This document shows, piece by piece, positions 28,502 to 39,156 of a stretch of DNA of 64,000 nt. The position numbers were made by a program, and so were the translations under genes. This stretch comes from Tidjanibacter sp. (GTDB lineage: Bacteria; Bacteroidota; Bacteroidia; Bacteroidales; Rikenellaceae). Below the pieces are notes generated by a model. The model ran no database searches. It worked only from the letters and a program-made list of their open reading frames with translations, and was not told where the DNA came from. Position 1 is the first letter of the stretch. Each line of letters opens with the position of its first letter. The DNA lies in contig JAZORC010000002.1 in the NCBI GenBank assembly GCA_045656405.1, forward strand, positions 91,572 through 155,571, written 5' to 3'.

Positions 28502-30640
28502 CTAATTGTCGAAGTACCAGCACACTCCATACTTAATCAAAGCCCTATTGTAGGGGTAGAATGGAACGCTGAACGAATCATTGTAGTTATCCAAGAGGTT
28601 CTCATTGGCGTGCTGATATTGTACGAATATTCGCATCGTTTTCCACTTGGCAGTAACAAAGATATTGGCGTAGGGATAGTTGCCAATGAGTACCTTGTCT
28701 TGGTTGTGGAACATCATCGTTGCAGGGTTGTAGGACTGTGCATAATAGGGGGTGTTGGCCCAGCAGTCCAAACCAATATTGAGCGTTAGCACCCCTTTGA
28801 CAGGTTGGAATGAGTAGTAGTAGGAGATGTTGCCCGCAAGGCGAGGTACGGGGTAGATATCCTCTGCCGAACTATACTGCAACAACACCTTGTGGTCGAG
28901 GTGTAACCCCCCGAGGGTGATGTTTTGTTCGAGGTAGATACCCGTAATGCTCTCCACGCTCATACTCTGTCGGGGCATAGCATCGGTGCCATAATAGATG
29001 GGGTTGCCCATCAACGCTTGGTTGAACCCTACCCGTGTGCCTGTATGGGGAACATCGAGGGTGATGTTCAGCAGTGTGATATTCTGCTTCGCAAAGTTGT
29101 TCTTCCACGCAAAGTGGTTCGAAAAGTAGTTCTGCTCCCAATAGGAGGGGCTTTGCAGGTTGTAGGATAGGTTACCCGAAAGAGTAATCGGCTGCTCTTT
29201 TACAAAGAGACGCATTGTAGCCCCTGCGTCGAGGTCTATGTCACCTGCACGATAGCCCGCCACATTTATCCTTGCGCGCCCCTGCCAATCGAGCCACTTG
29301 CCAATGAAACCACGCGCATCTGCATAGGCGTAATATGTGTTGTATTTGTCTGTGACGTGGCCTTTTATGTAGTCCTCCAAATGGAATTGGTAGTATTCGT
29401 GGTGGTCCCAGCCGATACCGCCATCTACCGTTGCCACCACACCCTTGCGGTCGTAGGGTACAAACTGCACAAAGAGTCTATTGGTGAGCAACGACTCGGA
29501 GAGTGTGTCGCTTGTCTGGTCGGGGTCTATATACCAATTATCATAGAAGTTGAGTTTCTCAACAACGGCACCGGTGCGGTCTGTGATGTTGTAGGATGTG
29601 CCCTTTCGGGTGTCGGTATAGCGACGCCCCCAACGGTTGTAGGTTATGGCGTGTCCGAAGTGTATGGCTGTGCGGTCGGCCATTGTGAATACCGAGTCGG
29701 TGAGAGGTACGAAGGGTATGCCATAGGTCTGCACAGCATAGAAAGATGTGTTGGATGCCTTGTTTAGTGCGTCGGTCATCTTCATTGGCATACCTTGTGC
29801 AGACTCATAGAGGGTGTCGGCAACGTGCCAAGCCTCCACCAAGCCACCATTCTCTCTTTGCGAAATGGAGTTGGAGATAACTCCTGCGTGGAGTGAGTAG
29901 CGTTTGCCAGTGTGGTTCAAATTGCCCGAAAAATCGGTCACTTTACCCCTCTGCCAATTGTAGATACCACGCGAGTGGTAGCTGTTATAGCGTACATTGA
30001 AGCCCGTTGATGGGGTGACATTCTGGGCGTGGAGCACCTCCAACTTATCCTCTGCGTAGCGTTTCTGGCCACCTGTTTGGTAGGCGAGGGAGGTGTAGGG
30101 GCGCTTATTGTTGTAGTGCGAGGCGTTCTCCACCGTGAAGAGGTAGGAGTAATATCCGTTTGTGAAGTCGAAGTTGTTACCTTTGGGACGACGGAAGAAG
30201 TTGAGGGGTGTGCTCGCTCCACCGAGGATGCCCACATTGGCATCGCCCACATCCTCCCTCTGGAAAGGATAGTCGCGGGAGAAGAGCCCCAAAAGGGTGT
30301 CGACCTTCTCCATACGGATGTTGTTGGTGTAGGTGTCGGCCACCCAGCGGAAGTGTTTCTGACGGCGGATTGTGTCGTCGAAGAAATAGGACTCCAAAGG
30401 CATAATCTCTTTCACGCGGGTGGAGTCGGCCTGCTCTTCGGGAGGAATTGGGTTGCCGTTCTCGTCGAGCTCAACCTCGCCAGCGTAGGGGTTGCCATTG
30501 GAGTTCTGCATAGCAGCCGCAAGTGCAGCTCCATTGTCACGACCAAAGTCTTGTGCATCAAAACTTTGTGCGCACAGATTGGTCACGCTGCCGAGTAGCG
30601 CTACGATTGTTAGTGATAGTATGTAGAGTATCTTTTTCAC
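28502..30640 (-). CDS. Putative porin (Bacteroidota conserved outer-membrane protein)
   Basis: Signal peptide; EDKLEVLHAQN; beta-barrel pattern; C-terminal GVCWYFDN. Confidence 0.75.
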   Translation of the reverse strand: MKKILYILSLTIVALLGSVTNLCAQSFDAQDFGRDNGAALAAAMQNSNGNPYAGEVELDENGNPIPPEEQADSTRVKEIMPLESYFFDDTIRRQKHFRWVADTYTNNIRMEKVDTLLGLFSRDYPFQREDVGDANVGILGGASTPLNFFRRPKGNNFDFTNGYYSYLFTVENASHYNNKRPYTSLAYQTGGQKRYAEDKLEVLHAQNVTPSTGFNVRYNSYHSRGIYNWQRGKVTDFSGNLNHTGKRYSLHAGVISNSISQRENGGLVEAWHVADTLYESAQGMPMKMTDALNKASNTSFYAVQTYGIPFVPLTDSVFTMADRTAIHFGHAITYNRWGRRYTDTRKGTSYNITDRTGAVVEKLNFYDNWYIDPDQTSDTLSESLLTNRLFVQFVPYDRKGVVATVDGGIGWDHHEYYQFHLEDYIKGHVTDKYNTYYAYADARGFIGKWLDWQGRARINVAGYRAGDIDLDAGATMRLFVKEQPITLSGNLSYNLQSPSYWEQNYFSNHFAWKNNFAKQNITLLNITLDVPHTGTRVGFNQALMGNPIYYGTDAMPRQSMSVESITGIYLEQNITLGGLHLDHKVLLQYSSAEDIYPVPRLAGNISYYYSFQPVKGVLTLNIGLDCWANTPYYAQSYNPATMMFHNQDKVLIGNYPYANIFVTAKWKTMRIFVQYQHANENLLDNYNDSFSVPFYPYNRALIKYGVCWYFDN

Positions 30641-30644
30641 CGTC

Positions 30645-31367
30645 TTATGCTCTCTCTTTGGGGTTACGGAATGTGGAGGTAAGTTGAAGTATCAGCGAGG
30701 TGAGGATGTAGAGTAGGATGATTACCCAGAGGGTACTCAATCCGCCAACGATAAGGCAGGTGAGGGCCATTGCCAAAAAGCCGAATCTCACAGCATTCTC
30801 ACGCACTGCAAAGCTCTTGAACTTGAACGAAAACATCTTGATGGGGGAGATGAGCAGCCACGCACCAACAACACCGATGGCGAGAATCACGCTGGGTGAG
30901 AGGGTGAGTGTGCCAGCCTCCACAGCCCACGCCAAGGAGCCCACAGCAATTGCAAGCGCAGGGGTGGGGAGTCCAATGAAGCTCTCCTTCTGCTCCTCGT
31001 CAATGTTGAAGCGTGCAAGGCGCAGAGCCGAGCAGAGTACAACTCCGAGACAGAGAAGCCACCACCAACCAATACCTCCGCCATTGGAGAACATTGCAAC
31101 GAGTATCAGCGAGGGGGTGAGTCCAAAACTGACCATATCGGCAAGCGAGTCGAGTTGCACACCGAGAGCCGAGTACTGTCCTGTGAGCCTTGCTGCAAAA
31201 CCATCGAGGAAGTCGAAGATGGCCGAGGCGAGGATGAACAGAAGAGGGGCTTGGAGCGAGATGCTCTCGTCCCAGATGCTGGCAATGGTTGTGATTGTGG
31301 CGAAGACTCCGCACAAAAGATTGCAGAGAGTAAGGATATTGGGTAGTGTAAAATACTTAATTTTCAT
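30645..31367 (-). CDS. pssA: CDP-diacylglycerol--serine O-phosphatidyltransferase
   Basis: LPNILTLCNLLCG; DFLDGFAAR...LGVQLDSLADMVSFG; LRLARFN; FIGLPTPA. Confidence 0.93.
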   Translation of the reverse strand: MKIKYFTLPNILTLCNLLCGVFATITTIASIWDESISLQAPLLFILASAIFDFLDGFAARLTGQYSALGVQLDSLADMVSFGLTPSLILVAMFSNGGGIGWWWLLCLGVVLCSALRLARFNIDEEQKESFIGLPTPALAIAVGSLAWAVEAGTLTLSPSVILAIGVVGAWLLISPIKMFSFKFKSFAVRENAVRFGFLAMALTCLIVGGLSTLWVIILLYILTSLILQLTSTFRNPKERA

Positions 31368-31513
31368 CTTTTCGCGTTATAAAAGTAAATTCTTACTAAA
31401 TTAAACACCATAATAATTGGCAAAGGTAGTAAAATTTCGTACTTTTGTCCAATAGTAACCGAGGGAAGTTGTGCAAAAATAACGCTCACCATCCCAAAAA
31501 CATTGCCTAACAG

Positions 31514-32596
31514 ATGAACAATAACCAATTTTGTGTGATTATGGCGGGTGGAGTCGGCAGCCGATTCTGGCCCATTAGTCGTCGACAGCGCCCCAAACAG
31601 TTCCTCGACGTGCTCGGTACGGGCAAGTCGCTTTTGAGGGCAACCTTCGAAAGATTTGCAAATATTATCCCCACCGAGAACATCCTTGTGGCGACCAATA
31701 GCGCCTATCGAGATATGGTGCTTGCCGAAATTCCCGAGATTGGCGCAGGGCAGGTACTTTGTGAGCCAGTGGGTAAGAACACCGCCCCTTGTATTGCATA
31801 CGCGGCAATGCACATCCGTGCCATCTGCCCCGATGCAACAATGGTTGTAACCCCCTCCGACCACCTTATTCTCAACGAATACCACTTCTGTGAGGTTATC
31901 CAGCAGTGTCTTGACTTTATTGATGAGAAGGGTGATACGCTCCTGACTATCGGTCTGGAACCCACTCGTCCCGAGACGGGTTATGGCTATATTCAAGCCA
32001 ACAAACACGTCACTCACGGTAAGTTCAACAAGGTTAAGACCTTTACCGAAAAACCCAATGTGGAGTTGGCGAAGGTGTTTGTCGATAGTGGCGAATATTT
32101 CTGGAATTCGGGTATCTTTGTTTGGAGGGTGGATACGATTCTTGAAGCCTTCCGAGAGTTCCAAAATGAGACCTACGAGATTCTTAACTCCATCGCAGAA
32201 CACTACGGTAAGCCCACCGAGCAGGAGGCTCTAGATAGGGTATATCCCGAGTGTGGCGGTATCTCGGTAGACTATGGTATTATGGAACGCTCGTCGAATG
32301 TGTGGGTGCGTTGTAGCGACTTCGGATGGAGCGACTTGGGTACTTGGGGCTCACTCTATCAACACTCCGCCAAGGATGAGTTTGGCAATACAATGCGTAC
32401 CGACAACTTCACCTTTGAGACCGAAAACTGCATCATAAAACTCCCACAAGGTAAGATTGCTGTGTTGGAAGGGCTCAAAGACTACATTGTGGTCGACACG
32501 GAGGATGTTCTGATGATTTGCCCCCGCAAGGCCGAGCAGCACATCAAACGCTTTGTGGAGAATGTGAAGTTCGAATCGGGAGAGAAACATATTTAG
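31514..32596 (+). CDS. Mannose-1-phosphate guanylyltransferase
   Basis: MAGGVGSRFWPISR...PKQFL, EPVGKNTAPC, PSDH, FTEKP, WSDLGTW. Confidence 0.93.
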   Translation: MNNNQFCVIMAGGVGSRFWPISRRQRPKQFLDVLGTGKSLLRATFERFANIIPTENILVATNSAYRDMVLAEIPEIGAGQVLCEPVGKNTAPCIAYAAMHIRAICPDATMVVTPSDHLILNEYHFCEVIQQCLDFIDEKGDTLLTIGLEPTRPETGYGYIQANKHVTHGKFNKVKTFTEKPNVELAKVFVDSGEYFWNSGIFVWRVDTILEAFREFQNETYEILNSIAEHYGKPTEQEALDRVYPECGGISVDYGIMERSSNVWVRCSDFGWSDLGTWGSLYQHSAKDEFGNTMRTDNFTFETENCIIKLPQGKIAVLEGLKDYIVVDTEDVLMICPRKAEQHIKRFVENVKFESGEKHI

Positions 32597-32617
32597 TCAA
32601 CCGTCAACTGTCGCGGG
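32597..32617 (+). repeat. 7-bp periodic tract starting at the stop codon
   Basis: TCAACCG TCAACTG TCGCGGG. Confidence 0.55.
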
Positions 32618-32667
32618 CACCATGTACCCGAAAACATAAGATATATAAACGCCATAGGCCTGTAAAA

Positions 32668-33900
32668 ATGAAGAGATTGTACGAAAAATACCTTGCCTCT
32701 TCGGGGGTGGTGACCGATAGCCGAAAGATTGTCGGTGGTGAGTTGTTTTTTGCCCTACGAGGGGAGAATTTCGATGGAAATCTCTACGCTGCAAAGGCTT
32801 TGGAGGCGGGTGCAAAATGGGCCGTCGTGGATAATCCAGAGGTGGCGGTGGATGATAGATATGTGGTTGTGCCCGACACACTTGTGGCACTCCAAGAGTT
32901 GGCTCGCTACCATCGCCAAAGGCTCTCAATTCCCGTTCTGGCAATTACGGGCACCAATGGTAAGACCACGACCAAAGAACTTACCGCTGCGGTGCTTTCG
33001 CATAGGTGGCGCACCTGTTACACGCAGGGCAATCTGAATAACCATATCGGTGTGCCACTAACTCTGCTCTCCATTCCTCGTGATGCCGAAGTGGCAATCG
33101 TTGAAATGGGTGCGAGTGCGCAGGGTGAAATTGCACTCTTGGCAAGCATCGCACAGCCCAATTATGGATTAATCACCAACATCGGCAGAGCCCATTTGGA
33201 GGGCTTTGGTGGTGTTGAGGGTATCCGCAAAGGTAAGGGCGAACTCTATGACTACCTCTCGATGCACTCGGGAGTTGCCCTCTATCGTGCGGAGGATGAG
33301 GTTCTTGCGGAGATGGTCGCAGAGCGTGTTGGGTTGAAGAGTGTTGCCTATCCGACAGCCTTGTCGGAGGGGGTGAAGAGTAACCTTGTGGGCGACTACA
33401 ACCGATTCAATATTGCCGCGGCATTGGCTGTTGGCGACCTCTTGGGTGTGTCCCACGAGGATGCCTTGGTGGCTATTGCGGAGTATGTGCCCTCCAACAA
33501 CCGCTCTCAATCGACTGCCACGGAGCGTAACCTGCTGACGGTGGATTGCTATAATGCCAACCCTTCGAGTATGAGTGTGGCTATTGCCAACCACTTGAAA
33601 ACCAATCACTCTGCCTATCCACAAAAGGTGTTGATTCTGGGCGATATGCTGGAACTTGGTGAGTGGAGTGGTGGGGAGCATCAGAGGATTCTTGGAGAGG
33701 CGCTTGTGGATAATGCCGACAGGGTGCTTCTTGTGGGTGCGAACTTTATGGCGTGTGAGTGTGCCGACCCTCGCGTTGAGCGTTTTGCAGATGTGGGAGC
33801 GTTGCGAGTGTGGCTCGACGAGAGCCCCATTGAGAGGGCTTTTGTTTTGGTCAAGGGCTCGCGAGGTGTGGGACTCGAAAAAACGTTAGAAAAATTGTAG
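32668..33900 (+). CDS. murF: UDP-N-acetylmuramoyl-tripeptide--D-Ala-D-Ala ligase
   Basis: Start taken at MKRLYEK; TDSRK, ITGTNGKTTTKE, GNLNNHIGVPLTL, DCYNANPSSM, LGDMLELG, VKGSRG. Confidence 0.95.
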   Translation: MKRLYEKYLASSGVVTDSRKIVGGELFFALRGENFDGNLYAAKALEAGAKWAVVDNPEVAVDDRYVVVPDTLVALQELARYHRQRLSIPVLAITGTNGKTTTKELTAAVLSHRWRTCYTQGNLNNHIGVPLTLLSIPRDAEVAIVEMGASAQGEIALLASIAQPNYGLITNIGRAHLEGFGGVEGIRKGKGELYDYLSMHSGVALYRAEDEVLAEMVAERVGLKSVAYPTALSEGVKSNLVGDYNRFNIAAALAVGDLLGVSHEDALVAIAEYVPSNNRSQSTATERNLLTVDCYNANPSSMSVAIANHLKTNHSAYPQKVLILGDMLELGEWSGGEHQRILGEALVDNADRVLLVGANFMACECADPRVERFADVGALRVWLDESPIERAFVLVKGSRGVGLEKTLEKL

Positions 33901-33976
33901 AGGACTATTTTGAAATCAAAATAGCGTATGTAAATTTGTGGCGTCGAAGCTTTCGACTGCTAAACCAAACGGATAG

Positions 33977-36900
33977 ATGAAGAGAATAGAGAACCTTGTT
34001 GGAGATTTGTGTAACATCCTTGCAAAGGGGGTGTTGGTTCTCTGTCTTCTCATTTTTGTCCTCCCTGTGAGCGGACAAACTCAACCCTATGAACTGCGCC
34101 CATTGAAGGGTAAGAGCCTCGAAGGTACTATTAATCCCATTGAGAAGCGTGGAGTGTGGGGCTATGCCGACGAGAGGGGGCGCACGGTTATCAAGACCAT
34201 TTTCTCCCAAGTAGAGCCATTTGTAGATACCCTTGCGAGGGTTAAGTATGAGAATAAATGGGGTGTTCTGCGTCGCAACGCAGAGTATCTTTTTGTGCCT
34301 CAATACGACACCATTACACCCTTTGTTGATGGGATTGCGTGGGTTGTGAAGGAGCGACGTTGGGGTATTGTTTCACAATCGGGGAAGGTGCTTTTTGAGC
34401 CCCAATTCAGCCGAATGGAGCAGTTTGAGAATGGTATCTCTTGGGTGGAGAGGGATGAGCGTTGGGGCTTGATTTCCACCAAGGGTGAGGTTCTGTTTGA
34501 TTTTCAGATTTACAATCGCCCCGAATTTTCGGAGGGTGTCGCTTGGGCACATTGGGGCGGTGGCTGGGGAGCTATAACCCCCGAGGGTAGGGTGCTTTTT
34601 GAACCCAAACTCTTCTCGCGGCCCTCATTTTTCAATGATATTTGCTGGATAAGATGGGATGGCGCTTGGGGCGCTATAAATTCCCGTGGCGATGTGATTT
34701 TTGAGCCCACAATTGTGGAGATGGACGACTTCTCGGAGGGTGTCGCTTGGGCACGCTGGAATGAGGGGTGGGGTGTTATCTCCTCGGTGGGAGAGATTAT
34801 CTTTGAGCCTGTGTTGGAGAACCATCCAATGTTCAACGAGGCCTCTGTGTCGTGGACAAGGTGGAACGGACGTTGGGGTGCTGTTGGCCTTTATGGAGAT
34901 GTTGTGTTTGACGCAGTGCTGGACGAAAAACCCCTCTTCGATGAGAATGGCATCTCGTGGATTCGCAATGGCCTCTATTGGGGTGCAGTGAGGATGGACG
35001 GCTCGGTGGCGTTTGATTTTGTCGTTGAGGAGGAACCCGTGTTTGAGGAGGGTGTTGCTTGGGCGAAGTGGAATAATCGCTGGGGCGCAATTTCGCGCAC
35101 TACGGAGGTGTTGTTTGATGCCGTGCTGGAACAACGCCCGCTCTTCGATGCCGACAATGTAGCTTGGGCTAAATGGCAGTCGCTGTGGGGTGTGCTGAAT
35201 CACGCAGGCGAGGTTCTGCTTGCTCCAACGATAAAGGATAGGCCTCTCTTTGGCGAGGATGGCTTGGCTTGGGCGGAGTGTGCCGATGGATGGATTCTGG
35301 TCAACAACCGAGGAGCGATTCTCTCCGAGGTGGCTGTTGCTACTATGCCCGATTTTGGTGATGGTAATGTTGCTTGGGTGGAGTGGAACGATAAGTGGGG
35401 CGCTATTGGCCACAATGGTAAGGTGCTCTTCAATGCCCGCCTTGCGTCACCTCCCGAATTTGGTGACGGAAAGGTCGCTTGGGTGGAGTGGAACGATAGG
35501 TGGGGAGCACTCAATCGTGAGGGACGCATAGCGTTTGATGCGATTCTCTCCTCGCGTCCTGTCTTCCCCGAGGGTGTGGACTATTGCTGGGCAAAGTGGA
35601 ACAATAGATGGGGTGTTGTGAGTAAGGATGGCGAGGTGATTCTCGATGCTATACTTGCTGTACGCCCACAATTTGGAGAGAGAGATAGCGTGTGGGCACA
35701 GTGGAATGATGCTTGGGGTATTGTGGCCCGTGATGGCAAGATTGTTATGAACCCACTGCTACGCAATGAGCCCATCTTCGACGATAACAACTTGGCGTGG
35801 GGCGTCTGGGGTGGCAAATGGGGTGTCATCTCTCGCGATGGCAACATTGTTTTGCGTCCGACATTGTCGTATCAACCCACCTTTGCAAGTGGTGAGAATA
35901 GCACTTGGGTGAGGTGGAATGATCGCTGGGGCGTTGTTAGTAGGGATGGTCGGATTTTGTGCGATGCAACCTTTGTAGAGTGCCCCGAATTTGGTGTGAA
36001 ACAGGAGATATGGTATGAGTGGAATGGCGGTTGGGGCGTGATTACCCGCGAGGGAGAAGTGAGCGTGGAGCCCACTTTGGACCTTATGCCAAACTTCATC
36101 AACGGCTATGCTTGGGTGAGGATGAACGACAAGTGGGGCGTGATGAAGAGTGATTACCAGATGGTTATGGCTGCACACCTTGCCGAAGAGGGTGGCGGAA
36201 GAATTATCCTCGGCTCAAAGGTTGTGGATTTGGCACAACATAGGGTTGAGAATTACGACAGCATAGAGCCCCTCGATAACCACTACATTATTTCTCGTGC
36301 AGGTAAGGTGGGAGTGATGGATGCCGAGGGTGTGGAGATTATAGCTCCCGAGTGGGACGAGGTGCGCTATCGTGAGGGCCGAGCTTTGCACGAGGTGCGC
36401 GGAGGTGTTAAGTGGGGCTTTGTGGATGATACGGGCAAGAGTATTGTCGCTTGTCGCTATGACGCAACAATGGGCTTTGGAGCGCTGGATGTGGCACTTG
36501 TATCCTCTGGTGGCAAATGGGGCATTATTGGAAGTGGCGGTCAGGAGATAGCCCCTTGTAAGTATGACCACATTGAGCCGTTTAGTGAGGAGTTGGCGAT
36601 GGTTGTGAGCAATGGTCGCTATGGTTTTGTCAATGAGCAGGGCCGTGAGGTGGTGCTGTGTAAATATGAGCAGGCGAGGAGTTTCAGCCAGGGACGTGCA
36701 GCGGTGAAGTTGCGCGGAGCGTGGGGCTACCTGCGCAGGGATGGCTCAATGGTTATTGCTGCATCCTATCGCGATGCTTATCCCTTCTGTGAGGGTGTGG
36801 CTGTGGTGCAGAGCGAGAATGGCAAGTGGGGCTACATCAATGAGGATGGCGATTATACGATTTCGCCCCGATTCGATATGGCAACCTCTTTTGAGGGGGG

Positions 36901-37681
36901 CTTGGCTTTGGCAACACTCAATGGCATACAGTATTACATAGATACCAAGGGCAACTGCCTCTATGACTACCGCGGAGAGGTTATTCCCGAAACGGGCTGT
37001 GTGGTGGTGGGCTATAAGGGCCGCTATGGTGTGGTCGATAGCAAAGGACAGGTTGTCTCGCCGTGTCGCTACACCTCCATTGGTGAGTTCTCGGAGGGCT
37101 ATGCAGCCGTTCAGGTGGATGGCCGCTGGGGTTATATTGATGTGTCGGGTATGGAGGTTGTAGAACCTCGTTTCGAGAGTGCCGAACCATTTAGTTGCGG
37201 ACTCGCTCGCGTGGTACATCGCGGAGCTGTGGAGTTTGTGACACCCGCGGGAAGAGTCGCGTTTGTGAGTCGCTACGATAGTGCCCAGAGTTTTGCCGAA
37301 GGCTATTCGATTGTCACCCGTGCGGGCCGTATGGGAGCTGTGGATAGCCGCGGTGATGAGATAGTCCCCTGCCTCTATGAGCGTGTGCGCCCCATTGGCG
37401 AGGGAAGATTTGCGGTGCGTCACGATGGTAAGTGGGGCTTTGTTGGACCCGATGGTATGCCCATTATTCCTTGCATCTACGACGCTGTGAGCCGATTTAC
37501 CGATGGTGTGGCGGCTGTGAAGAAGGGCGAGAAGAGGGGCTTGGTGAATACTGCTGGCGAGATGTTGCGCGAGCCTATTTTTGACCGCATCTCCACATTT
37601 GAGAATGGTTATGCAGCTGTCGTGCAGAATGGTAAGGGTGGCTATATGCATAAGTGTGGAGAATATGTAATTGTTGAATAA
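33977..37681 (+). CDS. Secreted WG-repeat (KWG/WG_beta_rep) protein, about 34 repeats
   Basis: Signal peptide; recurring KWG-x-I-x3-G...F-SEG-x-A units; -7 element TAAATTTG at 33931-33938. Confidence 0.88.
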   Translation: MKRIENLVGDLCNILAKGVLVLCLLIFVLPVSGQTQPYELRPLKGKSLEGTINPIEKRGVWGYADERGRTVIKTIFSQVEPFVDTLARVKYENKWGVLRRNAEYLFVPQYDTITPFVDGIAWVVKERRWGIVSQSGKVLFEPQFSRMEQFENGISWVERDERWGLISTKGEVLFDFQIYNRPEFSEGVAWAHWGGGWGAITPEGRVLFEPKLFSRPSFFNDICWIRWDGAWGAINSRGDVIFEPTIVEMDDFSEGVAWARWNEGWGVISSVGEIIFEPVLENHPMFNEASVSWTRWNGRWGAVGLYGDVVFDAVLDEKPLFDENGISWIRNGLYWGAVRMDGSVAFDFVVEEEPVFEEGVAWAKWNNRWGAISRTTEVLFDAVLEQRPLFDADNVAWAKWQSLWGVLNHAGEVLLAPTIKDRPLFGEDGLAWAECADGWILVNNRGAILSEVAVATMPDFGDGNVAWVEWNDKWGAIGHNGKVLFNARLASPPEFGDGKVAWVEWNDRWGALNREGRIAFDAILSSRPVFPEGVDYCWAKWNNRWGVVSKDGEVILDAILAVRPQFGERDSVWAQWNDAWGIVARDGKIVMNPLLRNEPIFDDNNLAWGVWGGKWGVISRDGNIVLRPTLSYQPTFASGENSTWVRWNDRWGVVSRDGRILCDATFVECPEFGVKQEIWYEWNGGWGVITREGEVSVEPTLDLMPNFINGYAWVRMNDKWGVMKSDYQMVMAAHLAEEGGGRIILGSKVVDLAQHRVENYDSIEPLDNHYIISRAGKVGVMDAEGVEIIAPEWDEVRYREGRALHEVRGGVKWGFVDDTGKSIVACRYDATMGFGALDVALVSSGGKWGIIGSGGQEIAPCKYDHIEPFSEELAMVVSNGRYGFVNEQGREVVLCKYEQARSFSQGRAAVKLRGAWGYLRRDGSMVIAASYRDAYPFCEGVAVVQSENGKWGYINEDGDYTISPRFDMATSFEGGLALATLNGIQYYIDTKGNCLYDYRGEVIPETGCVVVGYKGRYGVVDSKGQVVSPCRYTSIGEFSEGYAAVQVDGRWGYIDVSGMEVVEPRFESAEPFSCGLARVVHRGAVEFVTPAGRVAFVSRYDSAQSFAEGYSIVTRAGRMGAVDSRGDEIVPCLYERVRPIGEGRFAVRHDGKWGFVGPDGMPIIPCIYDAVSRFTDGVAAVKKGEKRGLVNTAGEMLREPIFDRISTFENGYAAVVQNGKGGYMHKCGEYVIVE

Positions 37682-37700
37682 TCAAAAACTTAATATAGTT

Positions 37701-38060
37701 ATGAAGAGGATTTTGTGTGCCGCATTGTTTGCCCTTCTGCTTGTTGGGTGTGGCGGTGCTGATAAGCCCGAGAAGGTTGTTGAGGAGTGCTGGGAGAGGC
37801 TCTCGAAGGGCGATGTAAAAGGGGCAGTGGAACTTATGAATGTCCAACCCGAGGAGGTGGAAATCTACTGCGCAGCCTATGCCGAGCAGTGTGGCGAGTT
37901 GCAGGCTGCGGGTGGTATGGATGACTTTGAGGTTGTGGGTATCAGCCAGGGCGAGAGTGACGCAACGGTGGAGGCTGTTGTTACCCTCAAAGATGGACAG
38001 CAAATCACTGCGACCTACAATTTGGTGAAGAGCGGAAAGCAGTGGCTCCTTGCGGAGTAG
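37701..38060 (+). CDS. DUF4878-like (NTF2-fold) lipoprotein
   Basis: Start taken at MKRILC; lipobox LVG-C; PEKVVEE...LVKSGKQW. Confidence 0.7.
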   Translation: MKRILCAALFALLLVGCGGADKPEKVVEECWERLSKGDVKGAVELMNVQPEEVEIYCAAYAEQCGELQAAGGMDDFEVVGISQGESDATVEAVVTLKDGQQITATYNLVKSGKQWLLAE

Positions 38061-38114
38061 TCGGCCGCCATCCGTCGCAAACAGAGAGTGTCCGAATAAT
38101 AGATTACCAATATA

Positions 38115-38150
38115 AAAGTTGAGAGTGCAAAACTTTGCGCTCTCAACTTT
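38115..38150. terminator. Hairpin terminator upstream of the oxyR promoter
   Basis: AAAGTTGAGAG...CTCTCAACTTT; -7 element TAACTTTG at 38157-38164. Confidence 0.7.
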
Positions 38151-38180
38151 TATTTATAACTTTGCGAAAAATCATAGGCT

Positions 38181-39092
38181 ATGACTATAATACAACTTGA
38201 ATATCTCCTTGCGGTGGCAAACTGCGGGAGTTTCTCGAAGGCGAGTGAGATATGCTTTGTGACGCAGCCCTCGCTCTCGATGCAGATTAAAAACCTCGAA
38301 GAGGAACTTGGTGAGGTGCTCTTGGATCGCTCCAAAAAACCTGTTGTTCCCACACAGGTGGGTGCGCTGGTGATTGAGAAGGCAAGAGAGGCTCTGCTGG
38401 CATATAATAATGTGAAAGAGTGCGTTGCGGAGCTTAAAGGTAGTGTTTCGGGTAAGTTGCGATTGGGAGTTATACCCACCATTGCTCCCTATCTGCTACC
38501 TCGCTTTGTTCACACTTTTGGTGAGAGGTATCCCAATGTGGAGTTGGAAATCAGGGAGATGATAACCCCCGATATTATCCGTGCGATGGATAGCGACGAG
38601 TTGGATGCGGCACTCCTGGCGGGTGGCACCTGCCCCGATAGAATCACCGAGCAGGAACTCTTTGACGATAGATTCTACGCCTACGTTTCGCCCGAAAATC
38701 CACTCTCGGCTCGCACCAATCTGCGTATAGAGGACATCTATGGCAAGGACCTCATACTGCTCTCCGAGGGACACTGTTTGAGGGACCAAATTATTGAGAT
38801 TTGCGGTACGGGCAGACTCCACGAATTGCCCTATACGCTCCAAAGTGGTTCGCTCGAAACCGTGATGAGGATTGTGGATACCACCTCAATGATGACCATC
38901 ATCCCCGAAATGGCTCTGCCCTATATTCCAGAGGCTTTGCAGGGTAGGGTAAAGACGCTTGCAAAGGGGGCTGCTTCGCGCAAAATTGTGGTGGGCGTGC
39001 GTCGCACCTACGCCAAAGAGATGCTCATAACCGCCCTTCGTGATACGATTATGGAGTGTGTGGGTAAAAAAAGTCTATCCGAAAGGAGATAA
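38181..39092 (+). CDS. oxyR: LysR family hydrogen-peroxide-inducible regulator
   Basis: MTIIQLEYLLAV..CGSF; LGVIPTIAPYLLP; redox pair EGHCLRDQIIEIC. Confidence 0.9.
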   Translation: MTIIQLEYLLAVANCGSFSKASEICFVTQPSLSMQIKNLEEELGEVLLDRSKKPVVPTQVGALVIEKAREALLAYNNVKECVAELKGSVSGKLRLGVIPTIAPYLLPRFVHTFGERYPNVELEIREMITPDIIRAMDSDELDAALLAGGTCPDRITEQELFDDRFYAYVSPENPLSARTNLRIEDIYGKDLILLSEGHCLRDQIIEICGTGRLHELPYTLQSGSLETVMRIVDTTSMMTIIPEMALPYIPEALQGRVKTLAKGAASRKIVVGVRRTYAKEMLITALRDTIMECVGKKSLSERR

Positions 39093-39156
39093 ATCGGTGC
39101 GAAAAGTGTACATTTGTGGTTCGATTCATAAAGAATGAAATTAAACATATAGACTT

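Noticed and set aside
35355-35505. DGR template/variable repeat pair in the WG protein
   Set aside because: Adjacent in-frame tandem units; no reverse transcriptase, and no adenine-specific pattern was established.
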